Below are positions 9,596-18,561 of a stretch of 64,000 nucleotides of DNA, in pieces. A program made the translations under genes and the position numbers. The notes under the pieces were generated by a model, which had not been told where the DNA came from, made no database searches, and saw nothing but the letters and a program-made list of their open reading frames with translations. Source of the DNA: Candidatus Enterousia sp. (lineage in GTDB: Bacteria; Pseudomonadota; Alphaproteobacteria; Rs-D84); contig JAZSNY010000025.1 of NCBI GenBank assembly GCA_045536625.1, positions 1,147-65,146 of the forward strand, given 5' to 3'. Position 1 is the stretch's first letter. The number at the start of each line of letters is the position of its first letter.

Positions 9596-9958
9596 CTATT
9601 TCTGATTATTTTTAATATGCAACATTTGCAAAACCCTGGTCGGCACATTATGCATCTCGGCCACAAATGGCTTTAATTCCAAAGATGGCACAAACACATT
9701 GTTTGTATATTCCACCATTTTATCCAGTGGCCAGTCAAAACCACCCGATGTGGCCATGGGAATAAAACGCACAGAACCGGACGGCGTATCATGTCTAACT
9801 TCTATCTGCGCGTATTTTAGTCCCTTTGGACCTTCTTGCCAAATACCAAGCACAAAGTTTTCCTCTAAATACTTTTTAAACCTTGGCACATCTGCAACTT
9901 TACATTGCAGATGTTTTGCCCAGTCTTTATCCGTCCAATTTAATTGTTCTGGCTTCAT
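9596..9958 (-). CDS. Hypothetical protein
   Basis: 120-aa ORF sitting between pnp and ybaB on the same strand. No motif recognised. Confidence 0.4.
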   Translation of the reverse strand: MKPEQLNWTDKDWAKHLQCKVADVPRFKKYLEENFVLGIWQEGPKGLKYAQIEVRHDTPSGSVRFIPMATSGGFDWPLDKMVEYTNNVFVPSLELKPFVAEMHNVPTRVLQMLHIKNNQK

Positions 9959-9962
9959 ATTA

Positions 9963-12137
9963 TTATTCCTTTACGATTTCTTCGCCTGTTTTCTGGTCAA
10001 TGCCAATCATGGACAAACGTGTCTTACCACGTTTATCGGCCCCCATATACCGAACATAAACCGTATCACCTTCTTTGATATTAGTATCTTCAATCTTTGC
10101 AATACGTTCACCGGTAATTTCGGAAATATGAACCATTGATTCAAATCCATTCATAACTTTCACGAACAAACCAAAGTCCTTTATACCGGATACGACGCCT
10201 TTATAAATTTGCCCCACTTCAGGTTCGGCGACAATATCTTTGATTCGCGCAATCGCTTCATCTGCGTCATCTTTATCCACCGCCATAATTTTAACCGTTC
10301 CATCATCTTCCAGATCAATAATCGTATTTGTTTCACGCACCAACGCCTGAATCACAGAACCACCTTTGCCGATAACTTCACGAACCTTGTCTGGATTAAT
10401 TTTCATGGTATATAACTGTGGTGCATACTCGGATACATGATCACGTGGCTTTTTAATAGCTTTTTCGATTTTACCCAATATATGCATACGACCATCTTTT
10501 GCCTGGGCCAACGCACGCTCCATAATTTCAAATGTAATGGATGTAATTTTAATATCCATCTGCAATGCCGTGACCCCCTGGTCTGTACCCGTCACCTTAA
10601 AGTCCATATCGCCCAGATGATCTTCATCGCCCAAAATATCGGTCAGAATTGCATAATCATCACCCTCTTTAATCAATCCCATCGCAATACCCGCAACCGG
10701 ACGTTTCATTGGAACACCACCGTCCATCATTGCCAATGTCGCCCCACATGTTGTCGCCATTGACGAAGAACCATTTGACTCCAAAATATCCGATACGATA
10801 CGAATTACATAATCAAATTCGCTGCGACTTGGCACCATTGGATGAACCGCACGCCACGCCAAATTACCATGACCAATTTCACGACGTCCCGGCGACTTCA
10901 ACCCCTTGCATTCACCAACGGAATACCCCGGGAAATTATAGTTCAAAATAAAGTCACGTTCTTCGGAACCATCCAACGATTCGATTGGCAACGCATCTTT
11001 ACCGCCACCCAAAGTCAACGATACCAACGCCTGGGTTTCACCGCGTGTAAACAGCGCCGAACCATGTGCACGTGGCATTACCCCCAATTCAATTTCGATT
11101 GGACGAACCGTCTTGTTATCGCGACCATCAATACGTGGTTTACCGGCCAAGATATTACCACGCATAATACGCGCCGTCAGATTTTCAATCACTTCATCCG
11201 CCCAAGATTCCAATGTAGACACAGCACGTTCCGATTCCGGAAACAATTCTGGGATACGCGCTTTGGCCATTGCATGAATTTCAGACAAAGTTTCCAAACG
11301 AACCAATTTTTCTTTTATTTGCAATGCTTCTTCAATCGCCGGCACAAAGGCTTCAAATTCAGATTCCATTGTCAATTGTTCCTGGGTCTTTTCTGGCACA
11401 GCCCAACGTTCTTTACCCGCCGCCCCGGCCAATTCGTTAATAGCACGAATAACATCCTGTTGTGCATCGAAACCAAATTTTACGGCCCCCAAGACAGTTG
11501 CCTCATCCAATTCTCCAATTTCGGATTCAACCATTAACACACCATCTTTGGTCGCGGCAACAACCAAATCCATTTCTGATTTTTCACACACTTTCTTTGA
11601 AGGATTTAAAATATATTTGCCATCTGCATACCCAACACGCGCCGCACCAATCGGCCCCTGAAAAGGAACACCACTTAACGCCAACGCTGCACTGGATGCA
11701 ATCATTGCCAAAACATCCGGCTGATTCTTTTTATCATAAGAAAACACCTGGGCAATAATCTGAACTTTGTTCTTAAATGTTTCCGGGAACAACGGACGGA
11801 TTGGACGATCAATCAAACGCGCCGTCAAAGTTTCCGCCGTCGAAGCCTTGCCTTCACGTCTATCACGCGATCCCGGGATACGACCCGCAGATGCAAACTT
11901 TTCCTGGTAATCAACGGTCAACGGGAAAAAGTCCTGGCCCTCTACCGCGGATTTTTCCGCACACACGGTTGCCAGAACCATTGTTCCACCCATGGTTGCC
12001 AACACCGAACCATTTGCCTGTTTCGCCATACGTCCCGTTTCCAAACGCAATGTTTCATCACCGTATGGTATTTCAACCGCAATCGGGTTGTTTAATTTTG
12101 TTGTTTTTTCTTCTTTACCAAATAAACCAAATAACAT
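9963..12137 (-). CDS. pnp: Polyribonucleotide nucleotidyltransferase (PNPase)
   Basis: 724 aa with two RNase PH domains, a KH domain (GKGGSVIQAL) and a C-terminal S1 domain (GQIYKGVVSGIKDFGLFV). Confidence 0.9.
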   Translation of the reverse strand: MLFGLFGKEEKTTKLNNPIAVEIPYGDETLRLETGRMAKQANGSVLATMGGTMVLATVCAEKSAVEGQDFFPLTVDYQEKFASAGRIPGSRDRREGKASTAETLTARLIDRPIRPLFPETFKNKVQIIAQVFSYDKKNQPDVLAMIASSAALALSGVPFQGPIGAARVGYADGKYILNPSKKVCEKSEMDLVVAATKDGVLMVESEIGELDEATVLGAVKFGFDAQQDVIRAINELAGAAGKERWAVPEKTQEQLTMESEFEAFVPAIEEALQIKEKLVRLETLSEIHAMAKARIPELFPESERAVSTLESWADEVIENLTARIMRGNILAGKPRIDGRDNKTVRPIEIELGVMPRAHGSALFTRGETQALVSLTLGGGKDALPIESLDGSEERDFILNYNFPGYSVGECKGLKSPGRREIGHGNLAWRAVHPMVPSRSEFDYVIRIVSDILESNGSSSMATTCGATLAMMDGGVPMKRPVAGIAMGLIKEGDDYAILTDILGDEDHLGDMDFKVTGTDQGVTALQMDIKITSITFEIMERALAQAKDGRMHILGKIEKAIKKPRDHVSEYAPQLYTMKINPDKVREVIGKGGSVIQALVRETNTIIDLEDDGTVKIMAVDKDDADEAIARIKDIVAEPEVGQIYKGVVSGIKDFGLFVKVMNGFESMVHISEITGERIAKIEDTNIKEGDTVYVRYMGADKRGKTRLSMIGIDQKTGEEIVKE

Positions 12138-12285
12138 TTAACTTCTCCATTTTTTATTTACATTTTCATGCGAAGAAAAATCATTCTTTTCTGCGCCCTG
12201 TATATTCAGACACACAAAGGAACAATTTCATCTTCGCCCCACAAATTATAAAGCATATTTAGTGCTTTGCAAGGTAAACTTTATA

Positions 12286-12310
12286 TAAAAAACGCCCCGT
12301 TGGGGCGCTA
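12286..12310 (-). terminator. Intrinsic terminator downstream of der
   Basis: Hairpin cgccccgttggggcg; the A-run on the plus strand becomes a T-run on the minus strand. Confidence 0.5.
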
Positions 12311-12314
12311 ATTC

Positions 12315-13649
12315 CTAATCATACGGGTTTTCTGATTTCTCGTACTCTATTACAATTGGCAAATGTTCCCAATGCAGGGCGGTTGCCAATCCACGACGCA
12401 AATACCGGGTATAAGATTCCGGTATATCGGACGCCCCACCAACATTAATGGTTATACGCATTGGATGGCGCCCCGTTTGACGTGCAAACTTAATCTTCAT
12501 CGGCCGCTTCAAACGCGACAAAGGCGGCTGACGTTCCGCGACCAATTTTTCTACGATACGATTAACCAGACTGGTTGGTACCTGGGTTGTGGAAATATCC
12601 CACTGTTCATAAATACGACGGAACATGTTTTGTACCCCACTTCCGGTTTCGGCCGACACCGCCAATATCATGGGCTTAATAATTTGGTGAAAAGAATTTG
12701 AAAACTGATGTTTTAATTTTAATAACTTTTCATCGCGCAATTCTGGTTCAACCAAATCCCATTTATTCAACGCAACACATAAAATTTTCCCTGCGTTATA
12801 AACACGCGCTGCAATCCCCAAGGCCTGATTTTCGATATTACGTGTTGCATCAACCATCAAGATAACAACATCGGCCTTGTCTATTGCATCCAGGGATTTT
12901 AACGCCGACAGGGTTTCCACATCATCTGTCACCCCTGCCTTGCGTCGCAAACCGGCCGTATCCATCAATACAATATCGCGTCCATAGAACTTAGTTGGTA
13001 TCTTGACGGTATCACGTGTAATACCCGGCGCATCCATAACAATCTGGCGTTTTTCACCCAACACACGATTCACAAAGGTCGACTTACCAACATTTGGCTG
13101 CCCCAAAATCGCAATTTTCATCCGCGTATCTGTTTCACGTTCAACCACCGGCGCATTCGCATCATCACCCGCGATTTTATCCAAGAATTCATATATACTA
13201 TCAAATCCGCGCTTATGCTCGGCCGACACCAACACAGGCTCTCCAAACCCCAATTTGTAAAAATCATGAATATTTGCCAGGCGCTTTTCCGATTCGCTTT
13301 TATTCACCAACAGCAATATCGGCGCCCGTGTTTTACGACGCACCAATTTGGCCCAATCGATATCTTCATTGGTCAAACCAACACGACCGTCTACAACAAA
13401 CAAAATCGCATCCGCATTTTCAACCGCAGATATCGCCATATTTGTTGAATCCAACGCAATCCCCGATCGCGCGCGTTCCAGGCCCGCCGTGTCATACAGC
13501 GCATATGGTCGGTCACGAAAATTACCCGAAATCGTATCACGCGTTACCCCCGGCCGATCATGCACCAGCGCATCCCGTGTCCCTGTCAACGCATTAAATA
13601 ATGTGGACTTTCCTGTATTTGGTCGTCCAACTATTGCTATTCTAGTCAT
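12315..13649 (-). CDS. der: Ribosome-biogenesis GTPase Der (EngA)
   Basis: Tandem GTPase domains IAIVGRPNTGKSTLFN and KIAILGQPNVGKSTFVN, then a KH-like C-terminus. Start placed at ATG 13649 (MTRIAIVG). Confidence 0.9.
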   Translation of the reverse strand: MTRIAIVGRPNTGKSTLFNALTGTRDALVHDRPGVTRDTISGNFRDRPYALYDTAGLERARSGIALDSTNMAISAVENADAILFVVDGRVGLTNEDIDWAKLVRRKTRAPILLLVNKSESEKRLANIHDFYKLGFGEPVLVSAEHKRGFDSIYEFLDKIAGDDANAPVVERETDTRMKIAILGQPNVGKSTFVNRVLGEKRQIVMDAPGITRDTVKIPTKFYGRDIVLMDTAGLRRKAGVTDDVETLSALKSLDAIDKADVVILMVDATRNIENQALGIAARVYNAGKILCVALNKWDLVEPELRDEKLLKLKHQFSNSFHQIIKPMILAVSAETGSGVQNMFRRIYEQWDISTTQVPTSLVNRIVEKLVAERQPPLSRLKRPMKIKFARQTGRHPMRITINVGGASDIPESYTRYLRRGLATALHWEHLPIVIEYEKSENPYD

Positions 13650-13716
13650 CGTTTTTTTCCATTGATTTTTTACAATTATAAAGCAAAAATATAAATAATC
13701 AAATGGGGCTGTAAAC

Positions 13717-14313
13717 ATGAAGAAAAAAATACACAACGCTTTTAAACACGTTCGCAACGTAATTGTAAACCCAAAACGCTATTTCACAAAAATTGTGGCA
13801 GACGGCAACATGGAAGAATCAATGTTAAAGGCATTTTTATACGGTCTGTTGGGCGGATGTTTGGTATTACTTATCCGTCTGATTGGTGGTGCGACCATAA
13901 CATTGGGTTCTATCTTCACGGCGATTATCATAGTTCCCGTTTTGGCGGTAACGTTACTGTTTGTAATGGGCGGCCTGATGATGTTGGTATCTGAAATCAC
14001 GGGTGGCGAACGGGATTGGGAAATCGCGATTAAGGGCCTGGCATCTATATTCTTCATTTACCCAGCCATATTGGTCTTAAACGCATTGGCATTTAATTGT
14101 ACATCTATGTGGATAATTAGCTTATTGGTAGATATCTATATACTGTTCCTGTTTTATAACATATCCCTGTATTGCATGCGTGGCAAGCGCGGCAGCGTAA
14201 TCTTGGTAATTGGTGTATTGGCATTATTTTTATTAACGGTATATGCAACTGATTATCGTATTGGTTGGTTCATGTTAAAGAATACCGGCGCCACATTGGC
14301 ATGCCTGTTATAA
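13717..14313 (+). CDS. Hypothetical polytopic membrane protein
   Basis: 198 aa with about five predicted transmembrane segments. Confidence 0.45.
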   Translation: MKKKIHNAFKHVRNVIVNPKRYFTKIVADGNMEESMLKAFLYGLLGGCLVLLIRLIGGATITLGSIFTAIIIVPVLAVTLLFVMGGLMMLVSEITGGERDWEIAIKGLASIFFIYPAILVLNALAFNCTSMWIISLLVDIYILFLFYNISLYCMRGKRGSVILVIGVLALFLLTVYATDYRIGWFMLKNTGATLACLL

Positions 14314-14340
14314 AAAAAGCCCCACGGGGCTTTTTTTTTA
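14312..14340 (+). terminator. Intrinsic terminator
   Basis: Hairpin gccccacggggc followed by a T9 run. Confidence 0.6.
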
Positions 14341-14376
14341 TGATATAATAACCCCTGTTCAGGCAAGAGAGAATTC

Positions 14377-15102
14377 ATGAAAAAGCAACGCACAGAAAAC
14401 ATTATTTCACTGCAACACATCAACAAAAGTTTCCCATTGGAATTAGGTGGCGAACAACAGGTTTTATTTGACATAAACTTTGACGTTCGTGCGGGTGAAT
14501 TTGTCGCGATTATGGGCCCATCTGGTTCGGGGAAATCCACATGCATGAATATCATTGGCGCATTGGATACGCCGACATCGGGCACATACGAATTATATGG
14601 CCGTGATGTAACGGGTCTGACATCTGACGAATTGGCAATCGTCCGCAATGAACACATTGGATTTGTATTTCAGCAGTTTAACCTGTTGTCCAAGCGCAGC
14701 GTACTGGACAACGTGATGTTACCATTAATGTATCGCGGTCTGCCCATGGATGAACGGATTTCACGCGCCCGTGAAATGCTACGACGTGTGGGGCTGGAAA
14801 AATTCGAATCGTATCTGCCCACACAACTATCGGGTGGGATGAAACAACGCGTTGCAATCGCCCGTGCATTGGCGGGTAATCCGAAACTGATATTGGCGGA
14901 CGAACCGACCGGCGCCCTGGACAGTAAAATGGGCAATGAAATATTACAATTTTTTAAACAATTAAACCAAGAACTGGGCATAACAATCGTTATGATTACC
15001 CACGAATTCGACATTGCGAAATATGCCCAAAGACTGATACATATTCGCGACGGCAAAATAAATTATGACGGACCAATTCCACGTGACGACAGAAATTTAT
15101 AA
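14377..15102 (+). CDS. ABC transporter ATP-binding protein, MacB/LolD family
   Basis: Walker A GPSGSGKST, LSGGMKQR signature, ILADEPTGALD Walker B. Confidence 0.85.
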   Translation: MKKQRTENIISLQHINKSFPLELGGEQQVLFDINFDVRAGEFVAIMGPSGSGKSTCMNIIGALDTPTSGTYELYGRDVTGLTSDELAIVRNEHIGFVFQQFNLLSKRSVLDNVMLPLMYRGLPMDERISRAREMLRRVGLEKFESYLPTQLSGGMKQRVAIARALAGNPKLILADEPTGALDSKMGNEILQFFKQLNQELGITIVMITHEFDIAKYAQRLIHIRDGKINYDGPIPRDDRNL

Positions 15103-15114
15103 AGGAACAACAAA

Positions 15115-16332
15115 ATGACAATCGGCGATATATTAAAAGAATCATGGCTGTCCATCAGCGGCAATAAAATCCGTTCATTTCTAACGGTATTGGGGATTAT
15201 TATTGGTGTGATGGCGGTGGTTATAATGGTTGCGGTTGGCGAAACCGTACAAAAACAAATCACGGATCAGTTTTCGTCCCTGGGAACTAACACAATCATG
15301 ATTCGTGCGGGCGCGGCGCAAAGTGCGGGCGTACGCACGGGAAATCGTCACACATTGACCATCCAAGATGCCGAATTCATTGCCCAATTACCCGACGTAA
15401 TGGCGGTCACCCCCGTACAAAACGGCGCCGCCCAGGTTATATATGGCAACAAAAACTGGGGCACATCAATGGTGGGTGTATATCCCGATTATACAACGGT
15501 TCAAAATGTTGAAATTGAATACGGCACATTTTTTGATCAATCGGCCGTCCGCAACGCATCAACCTATGCGGTCATCGGTCCCGAAACGGCCCAGGAACTG
15601 GGGCTGCCCAAAAATCCGATTGGCGAAGTTATACGTATTCAAAACACCCCGTTTGTAATCATTGGCGTCACACGGGCCAAGGGCGATTCCGCCATGGGCA
15701 GTCAGGACGACATGGTAATAATTCCCATTACGACATTAAAAAAGCGTCTTCAGGGTTCACGCTTTCCCAATTCTGTAAACATGGTTGCATTAAAACTATT
15801 TGCCGAATCGGACAACAACCTGGCGATTGAACAAATATCGGCATTACTGCGCCAACGTCATCGCCTAAAAGAAGATGCCGACGACGACTTTCAAATTATG
15901 GATATGAAGCAAATCATGGAAACCATGACAACCGTTACGGGATACATGAAATTATTATTAATCGCGATTGCGGCGGTGTCACTTTTGGTTGGTGCCATCG
16001 GCATTATGAACATGATGTTGGTATCGGTTGCCGAACGCACACGCGAAATCGGCATACGCAAGGCCATTGGCGCCCGCGAACGCATGATAATTATACAGTT
16101 CTTGTCCGAATCGGTATTAATATCCTTTATCGGCTCTATGATAGGGTTAATAATCGGCGTTGGCCTGTCCCAGGGGGTTGGTCGCTTTATATTGGGTTAC
16201 AACGTCCCGTTCAGCATTTGGCCCGTCGTACTGTCCGTATCGGTTGCGGTAATTGTCGGGTTATCATCGGGCGTAATGCCCGCGATGAAGGCGGCAAAAT
16301 TAAACCCAATCGACAGCCTGCGCCACGAATAA
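15115..16332 (+). CDS. ABC transporter permease, FtsX/MacB family, with a periplasmic domain
   Basis: 405 aa with an N-terminal transmembrane helix, a large periplasmic domain, a C-terminal FtsX-like four-helix permease, and a conserved ERTREIGIRKAIGA motif. Confidence 0.8.
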   Translation: MTIGDILKESWLSISGNKIRSFLTVLGIIIGVMAVVIMVAVGETVQKQITDQFSSLGTNTIMIRAGAAQSAGVRTGNRHTLTIQDAEFIAQLPDVMAVTPVQNGAAQVIYGNKNWGTSMVGVYPDYTTVQNVEIEYGTFFDQSAVRNASTYAVIGPETAQELGLPKNPIGEVIRIQNTPFVIIGVTRAKGDSAMGSQDDMVIIPITTLKKRLQGSRFPNSVNMVALKLFAESDNNLAIEQISALLRQRHRLKEDADDDFQIMDMKQIMETMTTVTGYMKLLLIAIAAVSLLVGAIGIMNMMLVSVAERTREIGIRKAIGARERMIIIQFLSESVLISFIGSMIGLIIGVGLSQGVGRFILGYNVPFSIWPVVLSVSVAVIVGLSSGVMPAMKAAKLNPIDSLRHE

Positions 16333-16337
16333 CCCCT

Positions 16338-16859
16338 TTGTCATCCCCGCGCCCCCTCTTTTGTCATCCCGCGGCTGGACCGCGGGACCCAGGTTTTGCT
16401 TTTTTCAATTTTTGTTCACAAAAATTGTCATCCCCGCGCAGGCGGGGACAGGGTCTATAAAATTACCCAACCGCCTTTTGGCACGCGTTTCACACACTTT
16501 ACACCACCCCATAAAGAAATTGTCATCCCGCGGCTTGACCGCGGGACCCAGGTTTATCCTTCCCTATCTTTTACAGAAACAACAATTAATCCGCACGCGT
16601 TTCACGCGCATTACCTGGGTTCCGGGGTCGGGCCCCGGAATGACATAAGTGCTTAATTTTTTTCACAAAAATTCTGTTTGGGGTTATTGTATTAAATTTT
16701 AATTATTCCTCCCCCCGTCATCCCGCGACTTGCCCCACGCACCCCAGGTTTGTTTTTTCAAAAACATAAAAAGTTTTGTCATCCCGTGGCTTGACTTTCG
16801 CACCCAGGTTATTTTCATCTTCCCCCGTCATCCCGCGGCTTGACTTTCGCACCCAGGTC
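16338..16859. repeat. Cluster A of short GC-rich palindromic repeat units; 7-8 copies, one of them inverted
   Basis: Copies of TGTCATCCCGCGGCTTGACCGCGGGACCCAGGTT and close variants at 16362-16395, 16521-16555, 16717-16750, 16777-16810 and 16827-16859. Inverted copy at 16613-16646. Variant unit with a TATAAAAT box at 16426-16469. A repeated GCACGCGTTTCAC motif at 16481 and 16593. Confidence 0.85.
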
Positions 16860-16878
16860 ATATTTATCTTATCCCCAC

Positions 16879-16910
16879 AAAAAAACACCCGCGGTTGCGG
16901 GTGCTTTTTG
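16879..16910 (-). terminator. Intrinsic terminator downstream of the 514-aa cysteine-rich gene
   Basis: Hairpin cacccgcggttgcgggtg flanked by an A7 run and a T5 run. Confidence 0.6.
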
Positions 16911-16924
16911 TCTTCCATCATCTT

Positions 16925-18469
16925 TTATTGGATACCGACGCGGAACTGGTCCCCCCAATCGGCAACAACCTGGCCACCGATGGTACATTTCAAATCTTCA
17001 AAACCATTTTCAACCTGGTTCTTCTTGACAACGTTACTGGTGATTAATCCACCGGCGGTTCCCAACACAACACCCGCCACCGAATCAGACACCAAACGCG
17101 ACGTATTAAATTTACCTTCCTCATCCTTCCACACACTTTTTTTGAACCCTTTGGCCATACCCGACAAATTACTGTGCGCATCACGGATTATACGAATTGA
17201 TACACGTAACCTATCCGCCCCGTCATCAACCTGCGGTGGAGGGGGCAAATCCGGTTGCGTACCACATTCACCCGGATTTAATGACATCAAGACAGTCCAC
17301 AATGCATTAAAATCTTCCGTGGTAACATTCGGCGACGCACACAGATCTTTAATTTGATTAATCGTGCTTACAATCGTCGGCTTGTCCTTGCATGAAATCA
17401 ACCATCCATCTAGCAATGCCAACTGTGTCGCATTACACTTAAATGCCTCGCCCGGGGTTGTCTGTTTTGCGACACATTGCCCACGTCCATTTTCAATTTT
17501 AAACTCCATCCCCTCTATAACACAGTTACATTTTTGGCCATCCCATGTTGCAACCGAATTCAGCAGATAACAGCATGCCTTGCCCTCTGCTGTATTACGT
17601 GATGCCAAACATCTTTCCAATGCCGACTCCTCCGAACCACCACCGGAAACTTTTACACATTTTTTATACTTACCTTCCCAAATTTCTCCATCAAGGCGAT
17701 AGTTTGACTGGCACTGTGTAACATAGCCTGTCTCGCTACCATCAGAATTGCAACGCTTGCCGCATTTTACACCACCCGTGATACCCAATGTTTTACAATC
17801 AACGTCCCACGTATCTCCCGCTTTATATCCACTAGTAAGGCAATTTTTCACTGTATCACCGCGCCCCGTCTTATTACATCTCTTTGTCGTACTATTCCAA
17901 ACGGGTTCAAAACCCTCCTTATCATTACACGTACAATAACCACCATTGTCCGTTTTCCACTCTGCCGGGTCACCTTGTTCCTGGGCCTCATAACAAGCAA
18001 TCATTTCATCATTAGTAATCTCACAAACTCTATATAAAATGCTATATTCTCTTGCATGTCCATCTGAACAATTTTTCAGCTTACAAACCACAACACCGTT
18101 TTCTTCCTTAAAATTCGACCCCAATAAATATTTTCCACTTCTTTTTAATGCCCCCTTAGAATAATTCGAAATATCAACCGGCAAACACTCCTCTACCGAT
18201 TCTGCAAAACTGACCCATGTATCTTCCACCCCCCACTGATCATAACACTGCACAACTTCATCCCCTCTTATAATCACCGCACCATACGGGCACTCATCAT
18301 CACCAACATCCGCATCACATACATACCCACTTGTATCGGAAATATCAAACCGCTCGTCCTGATTGGCCTTAGTATATATATCACCACTCATTAGATTACA
18401 ATTTTCCGCCCCCCATGCACCCGACATGGCGCCACAGATTAACATTGACAACATCAGAAATTTTTTCAT
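16925..18469 (-). CDS. Secreted cysteine-rich protein, hypothetical
   Basis: Signal peptide MKKFLMLSMLICGAMSGAWGA; at least 30 Cys in CxxC and CxC patterns. Ribosome-binding site ggggaaggg before the ATG. Confidence 0.55.
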   Translation of the reverse strand: MKKFLMLSMLICGAMSGAWGAENCNLMSGDIYTKANQDERFDISDTSGYVCDADVGDDECPYGAVIIRGDEVVQCYDQWGVEDTWVSFAESVEECLPVDISNYSKGALKRSGKYLLGSNFKEENGVVVCKLKNCSDGHAREYSILYRVCEITNDEMIACYEAQEQGDPAEWKTDNGGYCTCNDKEGFEPVWNSTTKRCNKTGRGDTVKNCLTSGYKAGDTWDVDCKTLGITGGVKCGKRCNSDGSETGYVTQCQSNYRLDGEIWEGKYKKCVKVSGGGSEESALERCLASRNTAEGKACCYLLNSVATWDGQKCNCVIEGMEFKIENGRGQCVAKQTTPGEAFKCNATQLALLDGWLISCKDKPTIVSTINQIKDLCASPNVTTEDFNALWTVLMSLNPGECGTQPDLPPPPQVDDGADRLRVSIRIIRDAHSNLSGMAKGFKKSVWKDEEGKFNTSRLVSDSVAGVVLGTAGGLITSNVVKKNQVENGFEDLKCTIGGQVVADWGDQFRVGIQ

Positions 18470-18529
18470 ATTCCCTTCCCCTTGTTATATATCACTATCA
18501 CGACAATTTTATCACATTTTAACACACTT

Positions 18530-18560
18530 TCCAAACATAAAAACGCCCGATTGGGCGGTT
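18530..18560 (-). terminator. Intrinsic terminator downstream of dnaA
   Basis: Hairpin cgcccgattgggcg with a T-run on the minus strand. Confidence 0.5.
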
Positions 18561-18561
18561 T

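Noticed and set aside
9963-12262. Numerous plus-strand ORFs of 100-230 aa antisense to pnp, der, dnaA, recJ and ftsI; for example 10842..11537, 13094..13597 and 49336..50232
   Set aside because: Each lies entirely within a strongly supported housekeeping gene on the opposite strand. They are His/Gln/Pro/Arg-rich, typical of antisense translation of moderately GC-rich coding sequence.
16361-17357. ORF-track proteins spanning the repeat clusters: 16361..16648, 16396..16656, 16776..17357, 54517..54894 and 54758..55156, showing recurring SSRGLTAGPR peptides
   Set aside because: These are translations of the DNA repeats themselves. The recurring peptides are artefacts of the repeated nucleotide unit. 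The ORFs lack ribosome-binding sites and overlap terminators and antisense genes.
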